Shown here piece after piece: positions 24,598 to 36,899 of a DNA stretch of 64,000 nt. Positions within the stretch are counted from its first letter, which is position 1. Each line of letters opens with the position of its first letter. Location of the stretch: contig NW_026935196.1 in assembly GCF_032062105.1 (NCBI RefSeq), positions 124,001 through 188,000 on the forward strand. The letters are read 5' to 3'. Origin of the DNA: Saccostrea cucullata. Taxonomy: Eukaryota. The translations under genes and the position numbers were made by a program. The notes under the pieces are model-generated. The model searched no databases. It had not been told where the DNA came from and saw nothing but the letters and a program-made list of their open reading frames with translations.

Positions 24598-27500
24598 ATA
24601 ACATTTATTAGACTTTCGTAAGAGTGGTCAGGTTTTTAAAGAAATCAGGCCTATAAATATTAAAATGTTGACTTTATCTATTAGTTATAACAGCTGAAGA
24701 TATGGACTTTAACTGGATTAAGTTTTCATTCATTTTCGTGGGAAATAAATTTCAGCCTCCATGTAGGTAGCTATTATGTGCAGTGTATTTAACTGAAGGA
24801 TCAAACTGAAGATGAAGCAGCATAATAAGACTTTAAATCTCAAATTATTGGTTTAATAGAATAAATCTGCATGCCGCTTTCATTTGAACAATGCTGAGAA
24901 CATTTACATTAACTGATTAAAAGCAACATTTAAATTTAAAAAAAAAGATTATACCTGCAATTTCTTAAGTTTTTTCTCAATCTATGACCTGGCCTATGTC
25001 CAAGTATTACAAAGAAGAGTAAATGCTTACTCTCTCCTATCAATAACTCTTTACCAAAAGTATTTCCAAACTAAGGAGCAGGGTGTACTAGCTGCCATGT
25101 TATTACTGGTAAGTTCCAGCATTCCTGACTGTGGTCATAATAAGCTGAGGTTCTGCCGGACAGTTTAAGTAATCTTGTAAAATTATGATCCACTCACAAA
25201 ATGGTTATACATGTACTTAGAAATAACGCTGCAATAGGCTTTGACAATCTGTGGATGGTGCCACATTTTCCCTCAGCTATCGTCACTAGCCTTGACAATG
25301 CACAGCCTATTATGATGCCTGCAGATCCCTAATTACAGCAAAAATATTGTCACACTGAATGTACAACCTTAATTAATGCCACAACATCACACACATCATT
25401 CCCTGCTAGTGATCAATACAGTACCATGGTTATAATTCATCAAGACCATTCAGTACTGGTTACACTATAGCCTTAATCAGTCAGTGGTCATATGAATCAG
25501 TGGACTCAGTGCCTATATATATTTAAATCTCCCTTTTCCCCCTTATTTTCTGGATTCTTGTTCATAAAATAAACAAATGACCATTCAAGAGAAAATCAAT
25601 CAAGGATGTTCCACCATAATAAGAGCTAATTAAAAGTTGTGACTCAATTACACAAAACTTAAAGGTAAAGGCCAATGGACAATGGTGGTTACAATACATC
25701 CAAAATTTTTATAAAATTGTTTTTTCCATGGTCTAATCCCACATGCACTGGGAGAAAAATTTTGTGTCAGAATAGATAAGTGCTGTGTAAAGAAGAAACA
25801 ATTTATAGTAAAAAAAAAATGAGAGTTTAAGTAAGGGTCAGAATTGATAATGAAATGGATTACACAGGTGTAATGTTAGTCAGTTTACACTGTACCAACC
25901 ACTCCTCAACTATCTTCATTTTCTAGCAAAGCATTTTTGGTCCACTATGCTTGCCATAAATATTTTTTAAAGTAATGATGCTGCTTGCATGCGATAGGGT
26001 CAGACATTTTGCTCTCCAGTATTTGAGTCCTTCATATGAGACTGTATAAACCAAGGTCCTGAATCACAGTAGGTGCGGGCCAACAAAATTCACTCATTTT
26101 TAAAAATGACTAAACTATATCACATATTAAGTTACAATCCTCCTGGCGAATTTACAACATTAACATGCACAAATTAAAGAACAATCACAAACTGACTCAT
26201 GCATGGCTTACAGCTGATCAATTCTCTTTTAACATGTAAGAACGGCTAGAAATACCTTATACAAATCTCCAATCATCTAATCCAGGTACTGTAATTTCAA
26301 CAGAATTATATTACAGAATCCATCTTTTAAAACCTCTCTGCATGTAAAAATAATGAGAGCAAGGCTCTGATACCCTTCACAATGAGAGAGAGACTGTACC
26401 TAGTATTGATTCAGCAATGCAGTTCACCGAATCCTATACCAGTTAAATAATACAACATGATATATAGAGAGTGACAATAATAAACACAAAGTTTCAATTA
26501 TTTGCACTTTTCTTTTTGGTTCGCCTCAGATCCTGCCTAATCGGATGCAGTGCTACGAAAAGGATAGATATATATAATTGACTTTATTTACAATCTTTAT
26601 GATCTATGTGTGAGATATGCTTGTATGCACATTGCAAATGTTCTGCATGCAACAAAGAATCGAAAAGAAAATAATGATGCTGAGCTTAAGTGTCCTACAG
26701 GTAAATATATATTCAATGAGATGTAAAAATCTGAGGAAATCAATCAGTTTACAGCATAACCAAGCCAGCCTGCCTTGCCCTCTAAGCATTTCCTTTGATA
26801 TACGTATATACCTATACACTTAATGAACTCAGACTCTGCATAACAAATTATTTGTAAAGATTTGTAAAGCAATCATACAAATTCCCTCTTATTTTCATTT
26901 CTGTGTTGTGGTCTTAAATTGCTATTTTGTCTTGTATTATTGAAAAATAATTTTTTTGCATTAAATAATAAAATAGCAGTCCAGTATCCATTTTTCCTTA
27001 TTGTATCTGAGAATTTTTCATCTGTTCCTTGACCATGTAGCATCTTAAGACAGAAAAACCTCCGTATGAACAATCAATAGGAGATATACTAAGGTCTCCA
27101 CTCCGGAAAACACACAACCTGAAAATGTCAGAAAATCCATAGCGATAACGTGGTCACCATTAGCTACACGATAGTGATCACTGCAATGGATTTTCAATTA
27201 CACCCAATAAAGAAATACATTCCATAATCACTGACAAATCAGTCCACAGTAATATTTCATGTGCATATCTTCACTGAATTTATACTGTGTGGGCTAGAAA
27301 GCCACCATGGTTACCATTATACTCCTAATAAAAAGGTTAAAGAACAGGAAGAGAAAGGAGATTATTTCAATGTAAAAAAAAATGGATGGACATTGTATTA
27401 CAAAAACAATGCCTTCAGAAGGGAAGGAGATTTTTCTAGGATTATCCTTCTTTTCTCCTGGAATAATTATCTGTGAGAAAGGGTTGCATATTTTACACCA

Positions 27501-29841
27501 CAGTGTGATTTTGATAGGTTTTTCTTTAATTTATCTCCCCCCCCCCACCAGAGACTGATACTAACATAATGCATACTCAGTATTAAAAGCAGATACTAGA
27601 GGAAAGTCAGCTTGCAGTGCCTTGCACCTGAATGCAAGACAGGTGATCCTTAAGACAGCTCACACCTACAACAGCACAACCCAGCCTGAAACAATCTCCC
27701 CCTCAGGATATTTACACCATGACTTGCCCTATCTACTTTGTTTTTTTTTTTAAAAAAACTCCTTCTACAATTTTAAACTCTTCCACATCATATATTACCG
27801 GGTACCTTGCTAAAACAAATGCAGCAATTTCAAATATAGACCTTACATCACAAAAACAAATGCAATGTTTCAATGGAAGCATTGAAAGGTCTTTCAGGTT
27901 TTTGAAGAATAAAATTTGAACTCAATCTGAATATTATTAAAACATGATTAAATTTAAAAAAAACAACAACAACAAAAAAGAATAAGACTTAAAAGTTTCA
28001 AAACAACTCACCCCTAAATAATGAAGCTCTAGTAAACTCTCTGTCACAACATATTACGCCATTAAATCAGTAAAACTACAGATCAATGGTGTCTGCTTCA
28101 CCTCCTCTGTAACATGTGTGTGATGTTCAATGAATCCATAACTACACAATATATATACATGTATCACAAAGACTCTCCATCATGTAATGGAGATCGAGAG
28201 CTGTCATGTAAATAACACCAACAACTCCTACATTATATGTAAAGTATTGGAGTCATGGAAAAACATTATCCCTGCTTCTTATGAACAAAATGGTTCTCCT
28301 GCACTCTATATGTGAAAAATCTAATGTACCTTAAATTTCTCAGAGTAATTACTTGATATAATGTAAAGATAACAGCCATGGATGGTCAGTTCAATGTATA
28401 CAGTATCAGACCACTCTAAATAAGAGAGAATTTAATGAGCCATTATCCTTCATGTTTAATGGACAGAGCAAAAGCCAGGATTGACAAAACTGTGAAGATG
28501 GAGTGTTAAAATCCATTACATATATCATGTATATCAGCCCTTTTTTTTAAATGTTGCTTCCAATGCCCATAAAATATTCTCACATTTATAAAGTTTATTT
28601 TTATGAAAATAAGGAAAGAGCTCCCTTTAAAGTATTGAACAAAAGCCAAACATTTTCAAAGTCAATATATACATGAAATAAAAGAATTTATCAGTTTTGT
28701 CGGTGAACTTATGTATCTTTACTTTAAAAGACAAACTATAGAACTGTTTTGGTTTTAAGAAGAGTTTACTGGTATTTAAATAAACCAAACTTTTCCCCTT
28801 TAGAAATAAATGGTCAATATTGATTTCTTACATAGTGTATCATCTTAATTTGGATCATGAGCTTCATATAAAGGAGCTCAGAAAAATCAGCCATTTATCC
28901 AATACTTCAGCTGTAAATGTAGACCATGATCGGTTAAATGAATCATACAAGATGCTCACATTACACATCTATTGCTAATTCACACTTACTGCAAAGTGCT
29001 TTGTGACAAATCACGTAACAACTTTTTTTGTAAGGCTGATCAGTTCAATCATATATTTAATGAGTGGAATTAAGATTTTATTCTGCAAGTGGTGTTCCAA
29101 TATATAACCCTATAGCTCCCTTTCTAAAGAGAAAATTCTTTTAAATCTTATGTCAGTTTTGATTATTTTCAATATTCAAAAATTTCTGAATCAGTAAGAG
29201 TCTATACCTACAATGGATTCCTAAACTTTATAAAAATCCTTACAAATAAAGATTTGTAGCGAGTTTCAGTAAATGTTCTCTGTACAGGGGTTTGTTAACA
29301 CTTGCCTTATATCAATTAAGGTAAACCTCAAATGCATGAAAAAGAATACTTAATACAAATTCTTTGATATGATCAATTCAAAACTTTTAAAAAGAGATCT
29401 TATTATTAGAAGTATATTTTTGAATCATTAATTCATTTATTCCTAATCCTATATTTCATATCTGAGTCATTCTTATTCACTTATGAAACAAAGCTTACTT
29501 TCTTTAGAGAAATGAACATACTTTTGCAATCCTTCACTCCTCCATTGACCATAGATCCATTGACAGGCAATGGGGGGGGGGGGGGGGACACACTTCTTCT
29601 AAAGCTTCATACTTGACTTTTCCTACTTGTCTGCATTTTCTAAGGGGGTCATTTTTACTTGAATTAGCATATACATTTAAAAATTTTGGATCAGATCCAA
29701 CCCCCCCCCCTTTTTTTAAATTTGTATATAATTGATGGAGGTGAAATCCTGACAACTTCTCCGAAGAGAAAAGAGATGGATAAAAATCATGGATTAATTC
29801 ATCCATGTCTTGTGAATTTGTTACAGTGTTCTTAAGTATCA

Positions 29842-30063
29842 GGAGCCCGTTTTACAAAAGGACTTACGACTTAAGACCAAGTTTAATTATTCATATAAGT
29901 TTTTAATTAACATTATATCAAAAATTATTTTAAACTTTTTAAATAGAATTTGGTAAGATATTTTTACACAGACAATTTCAAACAGAACAATTAATTTTGC
30001 AAAATTTTACTATAATCTGAAATTTTTGGTCTTAGTCGTAAGTTCTTTTGTAAAACGGGATCC
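29842..30063. mobile_element. MITE with about 38-bp TIR
   Basis: GGAGCCCGTTTTACAAAAGGACTTACGACTTAAGACCAA vs reverse complement of the right end GGATCCCGTTTTACAAAAGAACTTACGACTAAGACCAA; TSD ambiguous. Confidence 0.8.
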
Positions 30064-30492
30064 AGTATCTCATGATGACTCTGGAGTTAAAGAAAGTATA
30101 ATCTAGCTGAGATTCCTTCTGAGTTAGAGGAAACTCAGATTAAAGAAAGTAATGATATATTTTTAAAATTTGTCATTTTCGTGTCTGAATCAATTTTTCC
30201 TTTCTTTTTACTCATTGATCTGTTAATTTTTAAACCAAGAATATAATTTTCAATCCGCTTTTGCCTCTCAGTGCTTAGATATTAATTTTCAATCTGTGAA
30301 TAAAATCAATGATGAGCCCTTGTTTTAATAAAACGAACCGTTTTTGTAGCCCATTCGACAGTGTTCGACGCTTGAACATGCTCTCTCATCTGTCAGACAG
30401 TTTTAAATCAATGATAGTTATTTATCATTTCTTTTTATGCCATTTGAGTTTACATAAAAAACAAATGCACAATGAAATTGCAGAGAACTTAC

Positions 30493-30590
30493 CCTTTGAT
30501 GTCTCACTAGCTTCTGAGATGAAAGGCTCTATTTCGTTTGTATTCAGCATTCGCTGCATTGGAAATCGATTCCAACCGGAAGTGACAGTT
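30493..30590 (-). promoter_or_regulatory. Probable promoter and non-coding first exon of SLC12A8
   Basis: Strong donor G|GTAAGT at 30492, ETS/GABP motif CCGGAAGT at 30576-30583 and local CpG enrichment; candidate acceptor ttttaacag at 22366-22365 ahead of the ATG. Confidence 0.5.
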
Positions 30591-30804
30591 TGGTAAACAG
30601 TAGTCTAGTTCCCATGGACGAAGCATAAGAGGAACAGAGAACCAGACTTTGTGCCAAAAACTTGCAGTGGCGCAATTTAGAAAATCTGCCCTGGAGTGCA
30701 AATATTCCACTTCTGATTAAAGATCTCCGATTAATTATTGTACTCTTCAATTCTGAATTAATTTATTTGATCAGCAATGCAACTGATAGGTAAAATAATT
30801 GATT

Positions 30805-31084
30805 GATTGTATGTTGTTTAACGTCCCTCTCGAGAATTTTTTTTCACTCATATGGAAACGCCACCACTTGGCGGTGGAGAGCTGCACATATTTGTCCTAT
30901 ACTCGGCACTTAGGGCCATTGAGCAGGGAGGGTAGCACCTACTGCGACACGGGACCTCGGTTTATACGGCCTCATCCGAAGGACAGGTCTTTATATACGT
31001 CCCACATTGGGATTCGAATCCCCGATGTTACAAGGATCAAATCCTTACTTCGCGACTCTAGAGCAGACGCTCTTAAGGACCACT
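30805..31084 (-). mobile_element. tRNA-derived SINE with (AATC)n tail
   Basis: Head with TGGTGCAGTGG (A box) and GATTCGAATCCC (B box); AATC repeat tail; 12-bp TSD AAATAATTGATT at 30793-30804 and 31085-31096. Confidence 0.8.
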
Positions 31085-31439
31085 GCACCACGCGGGCGAC
31101 GGAGAAATAATTGATTTGATGTTCGTATAATACATGATATAAAAGATTAGACCGGGAATCAATCCAAGGACTCCTAGGCCTGCAACGACAATCAGGTTTG
31201 AGCTCTGCCAATAGAGGTATCCAAGCCAATAACCACGGATCAATTAACCTCTTACATTCCTCCAGATCCAAACTCCTAATTCATGTGCAATAAAGCTCAA
31301 TATTGGTGCAAGGCACATTACCAGTGTTAACGGAAGAAGAAGAATAGGACCCATCTTAATTTGTATTTACCCAAGTTATTTTTGACCCTGGTAAGACTTT
31401 CACCTGCAAGTGCTCAATCATACCGAATCATATACTAAA

Positions 31440-31530
31440 CAGGAATAGAAGAAAATGTCTGGCTGGATCGGTAGTCGAGCCCAGGATCCCTGCATCACTA
31501 GTCAAGTGCTCTACCAACCGAGATATCCGA
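31440..31530 (-). mobile_element. Second copy of the tRNA-Thr-like repeat
   Basis: acaggaatag.agaaaatgt.tggctg...tcactagtca...ctctacc.ac.gag, shared with 10570-10655; a more degraded copy lies near 31150-31230. Confidence 0.6.
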
Positions 31531-31594
31531 TTTTACATACATTTATATACATTTTCTCACACCTACATGTAGTCATCATCTCGAGAGTAATCGC

Positions 31595-33230
31595 ATCCTT
31601 TCTGACCAGAAGCGTGGCTTTCGAGAGAGACAAACATGTGAAAGTCAACCGATCACAACAATCCGTAATCGGACAAGAAATCTTGACCAGTGCCATCAGG
31701 TGGAGGGTGCAAGGGTTAACCATCAAACTGCATGGACTACGGTGTGATAGGACAGACATTGAACTAGACCCAAAACTTTCTTGAATAGAAGCAAGCTAGT
31801 AGTCTGGATCTGATTGATGGAGAGAGGCTAACTGTAACAACTGGAATATCCCAGAGCATGTACTTGCTCCCCTGCTGTTTCTGCTCTACACCAATGGCCT
31901 ACCAATAACTTCCATGTTGTGACAAATCCACAACAAGGCCTTTTGCAGACGATTGCCTGCTGAACCGTGGAGGAGTCACGACCACTCTTCAGTGAGACCT
32001 AGTAGACCAACTACAAGAAAAAATGGAAAACTGACTGGATGTCGTGCTAGCTTAAACCCTGAAAAGTATTGGTAATTTATACACATCACCATAAAATGCA
32101 TAGAGACACGTATTTGATTATTTTAAAGCCAGTTATTCCATTAAATTACCATATGTGAAGTAATGACCTGCATGGCTATCAACTCTTTACTCGAGGGCCT
32201 TACAGTATCCCAGCAAGGGAAAATGTGTCTTATAAAATCTCCTTTCTGGGATAATGACGTGAGGTACGCTGTTTTCCCATCATGAATCTGGAATTTTCCA
32301 TTGGTATTCTTATGGTTGGAATATGATGGTAAGTATGGGAGATACTGACGATGAATCTGTCATCAAGAATCTGGTTGATATGTTTCCCGGTTCACTTGCC
32401 TTGTGAGTGTTGAGGTTAGTTGAGTACACCCTATTCTGTGATTGATGCTTTATATTAATCGCTTGGTAGGTTGATTGACCAAGGTAACGTACCGACTCTG
32501 TTTGGAAGACACATGAAAACTGTTGGTTCAAGATATCTGTGTGATCGTTTGGGCTGGAATGAAGTAAAACCTCGTTCTGCAAAGGATCTAGACACACATA
32601 AACTGTCTCATCGCTTTCTTTTGATGTACGAGTTTAGCTTTTTTGTTTTTTGAGCTCTCTTCTCCAAACACATTGTTGATAATTTTGAGATTCGACTTCG
32701 TATACTATTTGTTAGTGAGCCTCACTATACTTCCTCCAGTTATTTTGGGATTTTGTTACGGAGAATTTTCTATGTGCTTGTCGTTTCATTAAAATACTAA
32801 GTCTCCGGATGTTTTGACCTCACCATGGCTGATTGAAAAAGCTAGAAATGATATTTGATGGCACATGAGTTAACGGAATGGGTGCATTCCATATCACATC
32901 TGTTGGAGACTAGTGGAAGCAATGTTACCGAAATTTTGCCAGATTGTCTTCCAAATAATGATGCTTTGGCTTCTGCTTTAGACCAAAGATGCATGAGTCT
33001 TCTTGCTGAGTGATGTCGGAGGGGCACAATAAACACAGCGTTTATTTTTTTTTTTAATACAATATCATAATCATTTATTCCTGTAAGAAGTCTTGTTTCT
33101 CTGAGAAGGATGGTGCATTTGTCAAGGATGTTGTTACCAAGCGTTGGGAAGTCGATGACTTGCTGACACCTTAGGTTGCTGAAGGTGTCTATAAATTGTT
33201 GATCGAGTTGATGGATAGTTATTTCCCTTA
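31595..33230. mobile_element. Decayed CR1/L2-group LINE ORF2, internally inverted
   Basis: Minus 33230-32150 gives QQVIDFPTLGNNILD, ILNQQFSCVF, HKASEPGNI and PILTIIFQ (endonuclease end to RT start). Plus 31595-32100 gives DQKRGFRERQTCESQPITTI, LAPLLFLLYTNGLP and TRPFADDCLL (RT core). Many stops and frameshifts. Confidence 0.75.
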
Positions 33231-34423
33231 ACTGAAGTACATGCCCTGTTGATATCGGGAAGATTTTTTTTATCTTTGAAATAATTTTTATCCTAAAATA
33301 TAATTTTTGATCAACTTCCAAATCAGAAGTGCGTAAATGGAGCTTTATTAAAAATATTTGAAATGTAATAATTTTTCATATTATTTACAATAATGAAAAA
33401 ATTAACATTAAAATTTCCAAATTTACGTAATTTGGTGAATTCAGAGACATTTTGGTGAGACTTTTCAATTATTTTACCACTGTTTTTAAGAACTATAGGA
33501 TCGGACAACCATGACCCATGAGATTTCTTTAGAAAGAAACAAAATTTGGGATACCCAAACAAACTACACAGTGATTCCCTATATTTATATTACGAGGCAA
33601 TCAAACTCAAAAGTCTATTATAACAATTCAAATTGGGAGCAAAGCAAACACGGATCTCTAAGACCATCAGAGACCGGATCAGGTGCCTCGGAAGAGTAAA
33701 CATTCCCTGTCGACCGGTCACACCCGCCATATACTGGTACTCCTTTCATTATATCAACATCACAGCTATTTCCATGTCATTTTAAAAAGAGAACGATTGC
33801 GTTTAACTGAAAAATAAAACGAATAAAAATGTTTGATTTCATATCCGATTATTTTTTTTATAACTGAACTAAGATTATCTTGCTAAATATACATTTATAA
33901 TTTACTGAAAACCATCGTTGGAGACCGTCTGTGAAATCGCTTAAATCAATACAGGGAACAAAAATCTTTTTTAACTTTTAGCAATAGTAATTCTTTCCAT
34001 CCTTTCATAAAATAAACTAGGCGATAAAGCTTATCACAATAAAGTACTCCCCAGCACTTAATTCGTATTGTAAGTTAGAATCAAGCCATTACTTTTGATT
34101 GAAATTGCAGAATAGGAAGTCGGTCATTTTCGTCAACCTAATGAAAAACATCGATTACAAATGAATACTTCTGGAAAGACAAAGTGTTGTTTTGCAGAAT
34201 AAATATCAGAATATAGATTGTATTGGAGCTAACATTACTTTATAAGGTCAGATAGAAATTTAAATATCATTAAGTGACATTACCAGCAAAAGCATCTTCA
34301 ACAGTATTGAGAGCCATGGACTAGGTAATTCATTATCATCATCAAATAACAAAAACACACTATTCTTATGAATGGAAATATAAATGTTACCCTATGCAAC
34401 TTTTGTGAATTTCACCATTATTG

Positions 34424-35646
34424 ATGGATATCGGACAAAAGAGAGTAGGAATTTTGTTAGACATCATCGTGTTCCTCTTTTTTCTCATCCAAGTCCGTCA
34501 AACTTACAATCTTTACGATGAACTGGATCTGCAATCCACCTTATTCAACTCTACATACGACAGAAACATCCGACCAGGGATTAATAGGGACATCCCATTA
34601 CAAATTGATACCAACTTCATCTTCAAAGGTATTAAAGAGGTGGACGAATCCCTTGGAAAATTCTCAATTACGGGGGCTTTGAATGTCTATTGGTTTGATG
34701 ATCGTTTGACTTGGAATCCGCAAGACTACGGTGGGAATTTAGAATCAATTCTTGTCCCACAAAAAAGATATGGGTGCCATTTCTTCTTAACATGCATGCT
34801 TTTGGTGAAGTAAAATATACTGGACACGAGGAATTGACAGTAAGAGTAGAAAGTAATGGAGCTGTATCGTGGTCAATTCCAAACCTTTACGAAAGTACAT
34901 GTCAGTTCGATTTGTCAAACTACCCTTTTGATTCTCAGACCTGTACGGTACCGTTCTACGTGACCTTATTCCGACCATCAGAAATATTTTTTAATATATC
35001 ACGTAATATCGCAAACATGTTGATATACAGCCCAAATGGACTGTGGGATGTCACAGAAACCCAAATTTACACCACAATTAACGCAATCCAATTTCAAGAG
35101 GTTCGCCTAACCGTTAGTATGAAAAGACGATCTGCCTACTATATATCTAGTTTAATCCTTCCAATCTGTTTTCTTTCCTTCCTCCAGTTATTTGTCTTTA
35201 TGATGCCGCATGAGTCTGGTGAACGTGTTGGATTTGCTGTCACCGTCTTGTTGGCTGTTGCTGTCTATCTGACGCTCGTACAAGACAAATTGCCAGAGGA
35301 TTCACAGCCAAGCGTGGCCTACCTTAGCTACAAACTTTTGGTTGACTTTATTATAGGTATATTCAACGTGGTGGGAGTTATAATGGGATTGCGCTTTTAT
35401 CATCGCGAGGAGGTTGATGTTTCTAAGCTTTCACAGCTGTTTTACAGAGTAATGTTCCGCCAAAGTTACAGAAGGAAAGTTAGAGACGTTGAAAAATTAT
35501 CTGCTGAAGATGTTACTGGGATCAACACCACGTACGCATTGACGTGGAAGGACATCGGTATGGCCATCGATCGCTTCTGTTTCATTTTAAGTGGTCTTTC
35601 CCTGGCATTGTGTAACTTAGTTTATTTCATAGTTGTTGCATCATGA
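34424..35646 (+). pseudogene. Intronless non-alpha nAChR-like Cys-loop channel subunit, copy 1 (single frameshift: pseudogene or sequencing error)
   Basis: Signal-like N-terminus, YDRNIRP, WFDDRLTWNP, Cys-loop CQFDLSNYPFDSQTC, M1-M4 with SGERVGFAVTVLL. One A is missing in the A6 run at 34761-34766 relative to the paralog's CAA AAG AAG ATA TGG. Confidence 0.85.
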
Positions 35647-35679
35647 TTCAAATAATGGGCCATACACAAGAAATAGAAA

Positions 35680-36112
35680 TACAGTAAAACATGGATATAG
35701 CGAATTCACGGATATAGCGAAGTTTTTCTGGGTCCCCGGCAAAATTCTTAACAAATCTTTGTAAAATTTTACGGTTATAATGAACTCTGATATAACGAAT
35801 TTACGGATATAGCGAACTGATTTTGAGTCCCGTTGGGTTAAATATAATGAAATATACATCTTTTATAACGAACTTTCAAAGATTATAAAAAGTTTGATAA
35901 ATTGAACTGACTTTATTTCCGTTTAGCATTTGTATATAAAATTCAATTCATAATAAAACCTAAGTTATCGAAGATAAGTTTTGCAATATATTTGCTTCCC
36001 TAACATATTTGGTAATAATACCTGAAGGAAAACATGCATATTGCGAATTCGCTATAATGGTTATACAAATTCGTTATACGGATATAACGAATTACGGATA
36101 TAGCGAATTTTT
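35680..36112. mobile_element. Tc1/mariner(pogo)-type non-autonomous fragment just after the channel stop codon
   Basis: Begins TA|CAGTAAAAC and carries repeated GGATATA(G/A)CGAA subterminal motifs; no right TIR found. Confidence 0.55.
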
Positions 36113-36899
36113 CATTATCTTATCACCACATCGTGAAGTAAAAATCTAAGTCAAATTCATCTTCGAATCGAACTATTCTCATTCAAGATTGTTCTTGCTT
36201 TCTTGTTAATTTTTCATTTCTTATCACTTTTTGGAACTTACACTCTTTGAATTTTACTTTCAAGATTCTTTACGATACTTTTAATTAAACATTAGCAATA
36301 AATAGCACGATATACAAGGATCTGGAGTCAGCATTTACACCAAAGTGTACTAAATTAAGACTTTAAAACCTAAGATTTAGCACATCTCTTCCACTATCAA
36401 GATCTCGCCTGATTCTCAGGTTTGCAATATTTTTGTCGTCAATCGTTCACGCTGCAATGACTGTTTTGCTGAATGTCCAATCACCTACCTCAGAATTTTA
36501 ACGTCAAATACTAGTACGCAGACCGAATCAAGAATGAAATACAAATGTAACTATTTTTTTAATGTATGACTTGCCTTCTGGTATTATATGAGGTGAAATC
36601 ATCACAAAGACAACATTTAGGGATTCATGCTTTTTCTGTCAATATGCCTATGATCCAAAAAAAAATTTCGGACTGTTTTATCAGTCGTGTGTTATCATCC
36701 CGCAGATTCTAAAACTTAATTGGTCCTGTAACTGATGAACAATCTTCGAAGAATGAAAACGACAAAGTTTCAAAATCTGATTGATTTTAATTCTAGTAAT
36801 CTGGACAATAGTAGTACTTCACCAGAAAAGATGAATTGTTTTATGGACTTTTCATCTTGAATACTGTTCGTTTTCTGCATGTTTCATTGCACATGGGGT

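Noticed and set aside
22400-30400. Short ORFs (60-96 aa) in the long SLC12A8 5' intron and other AT-rich regions
   Set aside because: Composition is typical of random AT-rich frames, with no domain motifs or coherent splice structure.
34757-34770. Programmed -1 ribosomal frameshift at AAAAAAG
   Set aside because: The heptamer is not in X XXY YYZ register with the upstream frame (CAA AAA AGA), and the paralog is uninterrupted.
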